DNA of 64,000 bases from Eledone cirrhosa (taxonomy: Eukaryota), in contig OZ024741.1 in NCBI GenBank assembly GCA_964016885.1, positions 380,370,001 through 380,434,000 on the forward strand, given 5' to 3'. The notes below the pieces were generated by a model. The model was not told where the DNA came from and made no database searches. It saw nothing but the letters and a program-made list of their open reading frames with translations. Made by a program: the position numbers and the translations under genes. Below are positions 26,955 through 38,915 of the stretch, piece by piece (the first letter of the stretch is position 1; every line of letters begins with the position of its first letter).

Positions 26955-27483
26955 TTAACCCTTCTGCTACTATATTTCTAATGATAGACACCACCTAAGA
27001 TTTATAATTATTTTTGAAAATAATCAAGAATCTAAAGAGATTTAGTAATATAACTAACTTTCACATTATTAATAGTGGGTTTGGAACATAATTTTACAAA
27101 TGTTTTTATATAAAATTATGATGAAAGGTTGTTGCATAAATAAAAGCACTGTAAAATGAACAGCTTTTAATGGTATAACAATGGGCAGCTTCAGGTTTAA
27201 ATATGAGTTAACACATTTAACCTTTGCATTGATACATTTCTAATGAAAATTACTGCCAATGATTTACAAACAATATTGAAAATAATCAAGAATTTTGATA
27301 GAATGAGTAAAATAGCTAACGTTTTCATATTCAAGCTGATATTTGGAGAGCAGCTTAAAAAATATTCTTGCATGCAATTATGATAGAATGTTTCTTAAAT
27401 AAACATAAACACTTTAAAACAAACAGCTTTGTATTACAGGACCAGGAAAATTTGCCGGCGTTTTTGGTATAAGGAGAGATAAT
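26955..27483. mobile_element. Two adjacent piggyBac-like MITE copies
   Basis: Each starts TTAACC(C)T. The first ends gagTTAA at ~27210. Mutual internal similarity. Confidence 0.55.
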
Positions 27484-27606
27484 GAATTTTAAATCTTGAT
27501 ATATTTTCTAGACTCACTATATTAAGAATATGTAACTCCAATTATAAAATGTATGATTTGTTTGTCAGATGTAATATAAATATGGTATTTTTGTAGTATA
27601 ATTAAT

Positions 27607-27790
27607 TATTTCTACTTTAGGCACAAGGCCAGCAACTACCCCAGTGCATTACTGGTACTTTATTTTATAGACCCCGTAAGAATGAAAGACAAAGTTAACC
27701 TTGGCAGGATTTGAACTCAGAACGTAAAAGGCCATAACTCTATGGATCAAAGCGTGTTGTCCGACGTTCTCCCAATACTGCCAATCCGGA
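27607..27790 (-). mobile_element. tRNA-derived SINE (same family as 25199)
   Basis: tttctactttaggcacaaggccagcaa...gatttgaactcag...ctgccaatcc. Confidence 0.9.
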
Positions 27791-29580
27791 TGTAAATAGA
27801 AGTTGTATCCTTGCGATGATTTGAGCAAGATAATTAATTATTTTGAAAAATGTTATCTCCGTGGTAAAAGAGTGTTTCTAATTCTTTCTCTCATTCTTTT
27901 TCTCTCTGACTCCCCCACTCTATTTTATTCTCTTTTCAATAACCCGACTCTATGAAGATGTGTATAAAGTATAGAGGGCTAAATTAAAGGATTTGTAGTG
28001 ATTAAAGCTTCAGTGTTTAATGTGTTACAAGAGAGGTGGTCAGAGGCAAAGAGAACTGTGGTGGCATATCAAAGGTAACTATTGACGAGAGATGAGATAA
28101 TGAAAGACAGTTGAACTGGTATGGTATTCAAATAAATGAAGTATGAGGGAACTAAAAAGGATTTGAGCTGCTGGGGTGAAGGGTGTGGGTCACACTTTCT
28201 CTGAATTATATTGATTTTCTTTCATTTTAGTGAATTATCTGTGAAGTTCATGACCCTACCCTGGTGAATCTAAGATTCTAATTCATGTTGATGTGACAAA
28301 AACCCACTCACTCTGTCCTGGCAATAAAATATTGTGTTTTCCCTTCTTTGCATACTGAACAATTGTCAGAGTCTGTTGAGATTTTATGCCTTTTGACACT
28401 GACAAATAGCTTAATGTTTGTCATGTTCACATTCAGCTCTTTGCCTGAAGATTATTCTTCTGAGATTCTTTTTCTCAAAAATGTTATATTGATTCTTCCC
28501 TGAGAATAATTGTCAATCGTTATTATATTCCCTGAATAACTTCAAGAATTAAAGAAAAATATTCCTATGGTTAAGAAGATAACAATGGCAAAACATTAGT
28601 GCATTTTCTGTACTATAGCAGTTATTTATTCTCTAAACAATCTTTTTTCTATGTCATGAGAATTTAAGTTAACCCCTTTTGTTACCATATTGCTAATGAA
28701 AGAATGCCTATCAGTTTGAAATCAATCACGAAATTTGAAAGATTTTGTAATATAATTCAATTTTTCATTATTAATCTGGCGTTTGAAACATAAGATATGA
28801 ATCCTTTTTGCATATAATTATGACAAAGTCTTTTTTTCTTTTATTAATATAAACATTTTAAAAGAAATAACTTTGAAAACAAAGAACCAATTGTATTCAT
28901 AAAGCATTGCGCAAATGTTGAATTTTAAAGAGATGTTAGCTTAATGTAAGTTGCTTCAAGGCAGGATTTTAAACTAAAACAAAAATAGTCCATGAAGCTG
29001 GGAATGTGAATACTTAGAGATGGAAAAGGGGAAGCATATCACCTATTTGAATTGGCCTCATATACAACACACAGCAGCAGTGATTTCCACAGGTGGTTCT
29101 ATCCAGTTTTTCCGTATTTTTCATAGTCTAATAACCTGCATTGAAGTAGCTTACATTAAACTAACATACAACTAAAAATGCCTTCTCTATTCTGTCCCCC
29201 GGCGTCATGTGGTAGCCAGCACTTGGGACCCCATTTGTTCATAATAGTGAGAAATGAGAAAACAAAAAAGAGGGCAGCGATGACAGTGGGAGTTTGGCTC
29301 TTCTGTATTCAGACCTGGTGTACGTGTGTGTGTATGTTTACTTCAATTTATTCAATATGACAGTATCTATGCTCCCCACTCCTATAAAACTAAAACAGCT
29401 TTGTGTTGTAGAAAAAGAAGTAGATTCAAGCAGGTTATTATGAAAAGATTTCAAGTATGTTTCTGTTCCAAAAATATGAAAGTTCAAGTTGACCTACATG
29501 CAACAAAACAGTGCAAGACATTGATCTTAGGGCTCTTCTGATACTGCTAATGCTCTGTCATCTTCCTTTGATTAAATAAT

Positions 29581-30560
29581 TGTTTCTACATGTGGCACAA
29601 GGCCAGCAATTACCCAGTACATTACTGGTACTTTATTTTATCGACCCCGTAAGGATGAAAGGCAAAGTTAACCTCGGCGGGATTTGAACTCAGATCGTAA
29701 ATGGTCGTAACTTTGCTGGAAAACATGGCGTCGAACTCTCTGCCTATACTGCCAATCCACCACCCTTTGATTAAATAATTGTTTCTACGTTAGGCACAAG
29801 GCCAGCAATTAACCAGTGTATTGCCGGTACTTTATTTTATCGACCCCGTAAGGATGAAAGGCAAAGTTAACCTCGGCGGGATTTGAACTCAGAATGGCAA
29901 GGGCCGTAACTCTATGCGCCAGAATGTACTAGTAAAATGCTGGGTTCAATTTAATTGACTTTCTTCTCTCTAAAGATTGCTGGCATTGTGCCTATCTTAG
30001 AACCAATTACATAATCAAATAATTGTTTCTACTTTAGGCACAAGGCCAGCAATTACCCAGTGTATTACTGGTACTTTATTTTATCGACCTCGTAAGGATG
30101 AAAGGCAAAGTCAACCTCGGCGGGATTTGAACTCAGATCGTAAAGGGACGTAACTATGCTGGAAAGTATGGCATCCGACCCTCTACTGATACTGCCAAAA
30201 TGGTTTCTAATTTCAGTTGGTGGCCAGCAATTTGAGTGGGATCCACTGAAATTTTATTATATTGACCCTACAACAAAAGCAAATGCCACAAGACTTGTTT
30301 TACTAAGCACCAATCATTCTATCAATCCAACAATTGATTTGATTATGTAATTGGTTCTAAGATAGGCACAAGGCCAGCAATCTTTAGAGAGAAGAAAATC
30401 AATTAAATTGAACCCAGCATTTTACTAGTACATTCTTTTATCAATCTCAAAATGATGAAAGCCAAAGTTGAATACAGCAACATTTGAACTGAGAATATAA
30501 AGAGCTGGAACTATTACCACAAAGCAATGTGTATGATGCTAAGAATTTTGCCAGTCCAGC
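29581..30560 (-). mobile_element. SINE cluster: copies at 29581-29765, 29780-29920 (5' truncated), 30023-30199, 30200-30270 (fragment), 30351-30560, plus an inverted piece at 29921-30020
   Basis: Repeated family sequence. TSD cctttgattaaataat at 29565-29580 and 29764-29779. Confidence 0.9.
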
Positions 30561-31261
30561 AGTTTCTTTTTTATGAAATATTAAAAAGAAAAGATAATTT
30601 AGTCTTCCCTAAAACCAATTATATTCTAAAACTAATATAAAGCCTTACACACCAAGGATTATGCAAAATAATTCCTTATAAATTCACTTAACTCAGTATA
30701 TAGGCACCAGTCTGTACATATTCAGTAAATGATATATTTTGTCTTCAAAACTAATTAAATGAACTCTGCCAATCAGAAATTTTGTTTAAAGAAAATTTAA
30801 ATATATAATGTAATATTGGTTGAAAAATATTTGATTTATCTGTTTCATTTTGACCAAATTAACAGAACATATTTTGATTGGATGATTGTATCTCGGTCTA
30901 CAAAATTTATTAGGTAAACATTGGACCATACATGCTAAACTGAGCAATCTTGTTAACCAATATATTGAATAGAAGGATGACAGTATTGTTGACAATATTA
31001 GCTTGAGGTATTTGAAGGTTATTTTAGATATCTAATTATGTCTCTTTTAATATGAAATGTATTTCATACAGAAATATTAACCATGGAAAAATTCAATTTG
31101 GAGTAGTATATAAGAGGAAAATTGTTATCTGAATAAACATTTTACACATTGAATGCTTTATGAAATCCTTTGAAATGGATGTAGTTGTAATGTATGATTA
31201 AAATTTAGTATTATTTCAGCAGAGAGAGGCATGAATTGTTTTTGTTTAAGTAGTGAGATCA

Positions 31262-31529
31262 TTAACCCTTTTTATGCTAACTTTTTAATGAATGATACTG
31301 CCTATAATTATCAAATAATTTTGGAAATATTCAAGAATTTGCAAAGCTTTAACAATGTAACTAAGGTTTTCAGGATTAAACTAGTGTTTGAAGTATAACT
31401 TAATAAATGTTCTTACGTAAAATTATAATGGAAGGAAGGTATTTAGATAAACATAAACATTTTACAATAATCATCTTAGTTGTTTAGAACCAGTAGCAAT
31501 TTTAAAGGGTCTAGTATTAAGAGGGTCAA
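31262..31529. mobile_element. piggyBac-like MITE, best-preserved copy
   Basis: TTAACCCTTT at the left end and GAGGGTCAA at the right end (imperfect TTAA-CCCT TIR). Confidence 0.6.
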
Positions 31530-32439
31530 GTGAATTTCGTGTCACAAGTTTACGAGGGAAATTTGAAAAATGACCGTTCAAGTTACATATTACCATCTTC
31601 AAAATAAACAAATTGGATAATTTTGTCCTTGAGGCACTGTGCCTAAATTAGCTATTAGATTCTCACAGATACAATATGTTTCATTATATAGCTGCTAAAA
31701 CAGAGCTGACATAGGGCTAAACAACAAACAGATTTCATTCATCAAACCAACAAAAGAACTTCTCTACTCAACTTGCTATAAGTAGGAGCAAATTTTCTGT
31801 CAAATCACACTCTACCATCTCACCATCTCAGAACAAAAAAAGATTGGATAATATAGTTTAACCCTTTAGCATTTAAACCATCCATATCTGGCCAGAATTC
31901 TCTCACCTCTTTCTTTTCAATGTTTACAACCGGCCACTCATGCTGATATTTAGGCGTTGTTCTCAAAATAAGTAATAGCAAAATCTCATAGATTCGATAC
32001 TATGTGAGATAACTATATGAGGTAAAGCCTTTACCATGAAAATACAATAGAAAATATAGAGTAATGCAAATGCTAAAAGGTTTAGACATTATGCAACCAG
32101 TACAGTCTCTAAAATGGTTGTTGCTGGGACATCCAGCTGTAGAAAAACTTGCCAAAAAGGGATCAGGAGCACTCTTCAGTGGTGTCAAAGACATGACACT
32201 TTCCCTAGTGCTGGTAACCTATGTAAGCAAGATGCGGGTTCACAGTCCATCTAAAGATGTTATTAACTCCACTTGAGTAATGACTCTGTCTATGAAGATG
32301 TTCGGCACTTGCTAGCAGGGAAGATAGATGTTAAATGAAAGGAAATCAGTCTTAAATAGTGAATAAGCATTGGACTGACACAGTTAGAATATCAGATTTA
32401 ATACATCAGTCTTTATTTATTTCTTTAAGTGAAAAGTGG

Positions 32440-32656
32440 TTAGCATGTCACAGGAAAGAAACATTGGAGAGATTTTATGGGCAAAATCAACCAACATGAC
32501 ACCCAGAGGTAAACTCCGAGGAAGATAGTTGTATAACATCCATGAACTCGGCTAGTCTCACTTGGCGATCTAGCCAGATCAATTGGCGATGGTTGCTTCT
32601 GATAGAACCAACTGGAAGGTGTGTTTGAGGACTCTGCCCCCCACGAAGAGGACATA

Positions 32657-32687
<31 letters not shown>

Positions 32688-32716
32688 AAGAAGAAGAAGA
32701 AGAAGAAGAAGAAGAA
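32440..32716 (+). mobile_element. 3' end of a second RTE family with (AAG)n tail
   Basis: Similar to 33820-34038. Ends in (AAG)n at 32658-32715. Confidence 0.75.
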
Positions 32717-32849
32717 TTTCATCCTGCCCTTTGTGCATTTTGTCACTGATAATCGAAGTATCAGTCAAGTGACACGGAATTGATAGGAATTTTAGAGCAA
32801 TTTGTTCAAACTCTATGCTTTTTAAGTTCAAATTCCATCTCCAATTTTC

Positions 32850-34038
32850 AAAATGGGAGACAAGAGATATTATTTCAATTACAGAGGGATCTCTTAGTTA
32901 ACTCCCCTCGTAAAGTTTATGCTAAGTGTCCGGCAAAGAGATGCAGGGTGATTGTTGAGTCCAGATGTGGCAGAGTGGACCAAATATTCACACTGCGGAA
33001 ATTCTTCAAGAAATTGTGGGAGTATTGCTTAGATATATATCCTTGTTGTGTCGACCTTGAAGAAACATATGACCACATTCCATAAGGCCTGCTGTAGCAG
33101 GTTCTACAGGAGTATGGGATCGATAGTCAGCCCCTTGCTGCCCTGATAACTATATACAAATGCACAAGTATTTGTTTTTGGATAAATGGTGCTAAATCGA
33201 AACCATTCATTGTGGGAGTTGAACTCCACCAAAAGTTGAGCACTGTCACCTCTCCTGTTTATTATTTGCATGAACATGGTTGGAAGTGGTATCATGACTG
33301 ATGGGTGTAAAATCAGTCAATTGGAATTTGCAGATGACATGGTGTTACTTAACTCGACAGAAGGTGATCTCTGACATGCACTCAATAGGTTTGATGCCAA
33401 ATGCTGCATGGCTGGAATGAAAATCAGTATTGCTGGCCTTGTGCCTAAAGTAAAAATAAGGAAGCCTATATAGTGCACTCTACATGTATATGGAGTTCCA
33501 CTGAAGCATGTAGAGAAGTTCAAGTATCTTGGGGCTGTGTTTATGAGTGATGGAATGCAGGAGGCTGAATTAAGTGCCAGAATAGCAGGAGCTGGTGCAG
33601 TAATGTGGCAGCTTCAGCATTCAATAACCAGCAGAAGGGAGGTAGGCATAAAAGCCAAACTCGCTATCTTCAATTAAGTATCATGTCAACCCTAACCTAT
33701 GGTCACAAATACGAGTGGAGTAATGTACTCGATAGATTGCATGTCTCAGAAATCAGAGAGTCACTTAAGGTAGAGCCACTACTTCTCCGAATTGAGAGAT
33801 CCCGGCTCCGATACCATGGGCATGTGATTAGAATTTCTCAGGAAAGAATTGCTTGACAGATTTTATGGGCAAAACCAACCAGTAGGAGTTCCAAGTGTTG
33901 AACCTGAGCAAGATGGTTGGATAAGATCCATGAGCTTTGCTGGTCTCACTTGGGGATCCAGCTGGATCAGTTGGAGATGGTTGTTTCTGACTCCTGGAAG
34001 GAGTGTTTAAGGACTCTGCCCCTGTGAGGAAGAAGAAA
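32850..34038 (+). mobile_element. Decayed RTE-clade LINE (RT domain to 3' end)
   Basis: DQIFTLRKFF..WEY..CCVDLEETYD, LSPLLFII, FADD-like (tttgcagatgac), EKFKYLG, ERSRLRYHGHVIR. A SINE 3' stub (tgctggccttgtgcctaaagta) lies at ~33431-33455. Confidence 0.8.
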
Positions 34039-34421
34039 TAATTTTCCTTTATGTGTAATGATGAAGACTCTGCAAGTGAAAGTTGCCAACAGTCTCTATA
34101 TATAAGTTCAACAAACATAATATAAATGTATTGTCAAGATATATTTCATGACATTTTCTATTATATTCTATTTTAATTTAATGAAAAAAAAGAAAATTTG
34201 CACCTTTAAAGTTGATTTAAATTTTTTCCTAAATTGAATATTTTGATATGCTGATTGTTAAATCGTAATAAAAAATATATCAAAATGTTCAATCAATGAT
34301 AAGCTACAGCTAAAAGCAAATTTTGTTTCTTTACTAATTATAGAAATTTTGTTTTCTATTTCTTCAGTAACTGATAACAATACAAATACTTTTAAAGAAT
34401 TGGCTGTTTTGTTGTTGTTGC

Positions 34422-34454
<33 letters not shown>

Positions 34455-34554
34455 AAAAGAAATGCATATATACCATGGAAACAAAGACAATCATTTGTTG
34501 AAATACATACTTAATCAATCTTATATCAAACAAATGGAACAATAATATTATCAT

Positions 34555-34739
34555 TGTTTCTACTTTAGGCACAAGGCCAGCAATTACCCAGTGCATTACT
34601 GGTACTTTATTTTATCGACCCCATAAGGATGAAAGGCAAAGTCAACCTCGGCGGGATTTGAAATCAGATCGTAAAGGGGCGTAACTATGCTGGAAAGCAT
34701 GGCGTCCGACCCTCTACCGATACTGCTAATCCACCGCCC
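34555..34739 (-). mobile_element. Young full-length tRNA-derived SINE next to (ATT)n
   Basis: Same family as 25199. Confidence 0.9.
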
Positions 34740-34840
34740 TATTATTATTATTATTATAATTATTATTATAATATTATCATGTCACATAATCATGAAACAT
34801 ATTGCAATACATATATTTTTAAACTTGCAAATACAATAAT

Positions 34841-34997
34841 GATTTCTTTATTAACCACAAGGGTTTACATAAAGTAAACATTAAGGACAGTGCAGGACAA
34901 TACAGGACGATACAAAAGGGAATTTCTGCGTGTAAAGAACAAAAACAGAGGATGTAACAAAAAAATAACAATGAAAATTCCCCAATAGGGGAGACTT
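34841..34997 (-). mobile_element. Tx1-like copy D: 5'-truncated, 3'UTR only, with TSD
   Basis: Matches the 3'UTR of copies A-C. Flanking direct repeat acttgcaaatacaataat at 34823-34840 and 34994-35011 (actt is also element sequence). Confidence 0.88.
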
Positions 34998-35020
34998 GCA
35001 AATACAATAATAATAATACT

Positions 35021-35191
35021 TGTTTCTACTTTAGGCACAAGCGAAGGGAAGGACAAAGTTGGCCTCAGTGTGTGAGAGGTACTTTATTTTATCGACCCTG
35101 TAAAGATGAAAGGCAAACTGACCTTGGCAGGATTTGAATTCAGACCATAAAGGGCTATAACTCTATGCTGCGAAAACATGGTGTCCGATGC
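35021..35191 (-). mobile_element. tRNA-derived SINE, slightly 5' truncated, sitting in the (TTA)n tail of Tx1 copy A
   Basis: Family sequence flanked on both sides by aataataat. Confidence 0.85.
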
Positions 35192-35461
35192 TCTAACGAT
35201 ATAATAATAATAACAATGTTTTCTTTATTAACCACAAGGGTTTACATAAAGTAGACATTAAGGACAGCACAGGACAATACAGGACGGTACAAATGGGCAT
35301 TTCTGCGTGTAAAAAAAACAGAGGATGAAATAAAATAACAAAGAAAAATTCCCCAATAGGGGGGAGACTTCCGAGGGACATTTGTGGAGAAAGCCCATTA
35401 AAAGACCACAGTGGCCCTGACCACCAGGGCAAGTGCCCTGTCCCAGTTTTCCACCTTTAAT

Positions 35462-38400
35462 TTACAGACACATACTCAGAGAAGGCCCATTCATTCGGGC
35501 CATACTTGCTTCTCTCACCCATCTTTCAACAAAATGCTGGGAAGAGAGCACTTCCCTCTCTACCCTGATTTTCCTTTTCAGATGAAATTTGAAAAAGTTA
35601 ATCAGGGCATCAGCGAAGAGGTAAGTGCTCGTCTTCAGCCCTTTCAAACGTGTCCACCATACTATCTCTTTCGCCATGGCCACCAGACAGATAAAAACTG
35701 CCTGCCCTTCCCGGCTAAAGGAAAGGGGCGGGGCAATCCTTACGATGGACTCAGCTGATAGCTGGATCCGTCCTACACGTGACAGCAGGTGTTCGACATA
35801 AACCCACAAGTCAGCAATGCTCGGACACTGGACGAGTGCGTGCAGGACGGTTTCGTCGCCCTGCGCGCATCTCGGACATGCCCGGCTGATGGCACCTCCA
35901 TTCCTGTAGAGTTTATCACGAACTGGCAAAGCTCCTCGGTAGCACTGCCAGGCCAGGGATTTCTGGAAGTTGTCCATAGGCCCCGGCCCGAAAGTCCTTC
36001 CGAAGAGATTGGCTAGTTGATTTTCGTCGACGCCTAGAGTTTCTCCAAGTACGTCGTCGCTCTTCCCCTCCACTAATCCCCTATAGAACGCCAAGGTGGA
36101 GTTTCCACCGATCACATTGCCCGATTGGTCGAGGGCTGTGAGCGCCTGAAGACATTCCAGTCTCCAAGCGCTCCCTCTCGGTCTTCGCTTGACCCAGGAC
36201 TGCAGCTCCGTCAAGGAGACGAGATGGGGAAAAACGTGTCTAGCAAACGGCGACCACACCTGATCACCGTCGAGGAAGAGGTGGAGATGTCGTAGCCTGA
36301 GCGCGTGTCTGCGCATCATCAGCCACGGCACGCCCAGCCCTCCACGTAGCGGGTGTTGACAGCAGATGGACCCCCTGACCATCGGAGCGCGTCCCTTCCA
36401 CAAGAAGCGAAAGAGCAAACGCTCCAGCGCAGTCAGGCGGGGCTTAGAACAAGGTACGACGGTCAGGCGGTAGTAGATGACGGACGCGATGTACGCGTTA
36501 GCCATCTCCGCTCGACCTTTCAGGGATAGCTTCCTCTCGGCGCATTTCTGGGTGAGAGAAGCCAACCTGGTCGTCACCTCGTCCCAGTTTTTGTCCGTCT
36601 GGAGGTCTGGACCGAACCAGACCCCTAGCAATTTAACCGGTCCGTCCGTCCAGCGCCCGACGACGCTGTTGGACGGCATGGACCTGCCTCTCCAGGTGCC
36701 GAGCTGCAGGCCCACTGACTTTTCCTGGTTGATCATTGCTCCTGTCACCGCTTCGTATTTTCTTAGTGTAGTGCCGATCGCCTCGATGTGTTTGGCATTC
36801 AACACCACTACGGTGACATCGTCGGCATATGCTGACACGGATCTTCCGCATCCTAGTTCGCGCGGGACCCCCCTCAACGTCTCCAGTTTGTGCAGTAATG
36901 GCTCGAGAGTCAATACGTACAATAGGGACGAGAGGGAACATCCTTGGCGGACCGAGCGCATGATGTTCAACGGTTCCGCAAGGTGACCGTTCACTCTCAC
37001 TACAGAGCACATGTCGCTGTGCATGGCAGCGATCCAGCCTCTGAAGACGGGCCTAAAGCCAGCCGCCCTCAGGACTGCCGCTAGGTAACGATGGTCGACC
37101 CTATCGAAGGCTTTCGATTGATCTAAATTGATCAAAGACCCACCCTTGCCAGGTTCCCTAGCTACCCTCTCTACGATGTATCGCATGAGGTGGAGGTTGT
37201 CGTGGATGGATCTGTCGGGAATGGTGCATGTCTGGGCGTCTCCCACCAGACCACCAACGACAAGCGCCAACCTCTTTGCTAGCACCTTGGCCAAAATCTT
37301 GAACTCTGTGTTTAGCAGACTTATGGGCCTAAAATCATCTATGTTATCCCCCTTGTTCGGATCCTTTCTCAGCAGCGCCACCGCTCCTCGGCTCACAGAG
37401 CTGGGAATCCTCCCGTTCTGTTGCCAGTTGCAGTAGACGTCCGCCAACAGGCCTCCGAACAAGTTTGGCATTTGTACGTAAAGTTCATAGGGCAGACCAT
37501 CCAAACCAGGCGATTTACCCCTTGTGCAACTAGTCATTGCATCCCGTACTTCAGCGGTTGTTATCGGCTTTTCGCAACACTCCGCCTCAGTGGTCGAAAG
37601 CCGCGGCAGTCCGTCGAGGTAGACACTAAAGTCCATCCCTCGATCCGGCCCGCCACTGCCCCCGAACAGTTGAGCGAAGTGTCGCTGAAAAGCTTCACAC
37701 ATTTGCCCGGGATCGAGTAGCATGCGCCCGTCGTGGTCCACCAAAGACCGGATCGTGGCTTTGTTGCCACGACGCGCCTGCGCCACTCGGGCCCATTGAA
37801 CGGCTTTCGTCCCCTCGTGTCTGAGAGCACGCACCCTAGCTCTGACAACGCAGCCTTCGTGCCTTGCATTGAAGAATTGGTCAAGGGCCAATTTCGCGGC
37901 AAGTACGTCGGTCGCGATGTCTTTGCTAAGCGCCTAATCTAATTTTCTAACTAGTTCTCCCTCTGCTCTATTTTTCTCTATTGCTAAAGCCTTACTAAAC
38001 CTAATGGACTCTATTCTAATTGCTCTTTTCAGAGCAAACCACCACTTGTTGTTGACGATGGCCCCCGTCAGCGCCCGCTTAACTAGTTTGCTAATCCGGT
38101 CTCTGTAGGCCTTGTGCGCTGGTAAGGACGCGTTTAGCTTCCAGTAGCCGGATCCTCGCCTATGAAGCCTATCTAAGTCAAGCACACAGATCACGAATTT
38201 GTGGTCCGTGTAGCTGACTATCTTGAATTGTGGACAGCCTATGCTAGACTTATCTATTTCTCTACAAAATACTCTATGTAGATATGATCTGGATGACCCT
38301 ATGCGATTTGTCCAAATCCACATTGGTACATTCGGGAAATCCATTCGGTACCTGTCAGACAGTTCAAAACGTCCGAGCAGGTTGGTGAGACTCTTGCACC

Positions 38401-38881
38401 CTCCTTCCCTATCCACTAATCCCACACAATCCCGGCGTGCATCTAAGATCCCGTTCCAGTCGCCCACTAACACTAAAGAGCGGGACGTTCCAAGAAAGGT
38501 CTCCAGACGCCGGAAGAAATCAGGCCGCCCTGCTCCTGTCGGGGCATAGACGGCCACTAACCTGAAAGTTTGCCCGTCTCCGCTGGTCACGTCCAGCACC
38601 ACCAACTTACCTTCTGGGTCCAGGAAGATGGCCCGTATGGCAAGATCCAAACCTCTCCGAAAAAGCACAGCAACTCCTCCCCCCGATCCCGGACGGCTGG
38701 GAGATGCGTACACATCGTAGCCGCCGAAGATCGGTGCGAAAGCCTGTGCTTCGGAGATTCTGGTCTCGCTGATGGCCACTACATCTATGTTTAGTGACCT
38801 GAGGTCGTTGAGCAGGTGGCCCTGCTTCCATGACGACCCCAAGCCACGCGCATTTATGCTGCCTATTCTGAGTGAGGTCAT
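35462..38881 (-). pseudogene. Copy A ORF2: APE endonuclease + RT + C-terminal CCHC, one in-frame TAG (37934-37936)
   Basis: IGSINARGL, ISET, VYAP, LVGDWN, TDHK, GYWKLN, KSPGLDG, FRPISLLN, LDQSKAFDRVDH, VRQGCSLS, AYADD, CPRC..DETVLHALVQC. ORFs 37934-38881 and 35462-37891 are in the same frame. Confidence 0.92.
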
Positions 38882-38915
38882 GTTGAAAAGGAGTGGAAAA
38901 GATGTGAAAGACCAC

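Noticed and set aside
36477-37436. Antisense ORFs over Tx1 ORF2 and ORF1
   Set aside because: Expected shadows of GC-rich or low-complexity coding sequence. Their recurrence only reflects the repeated element.
37934-37936. Programmed read-through of the TAG in copy A ORF2
   Set aside because: Copies B (AAG) and C (GAA) have sense codons here, so it is a private nonsense mutation.
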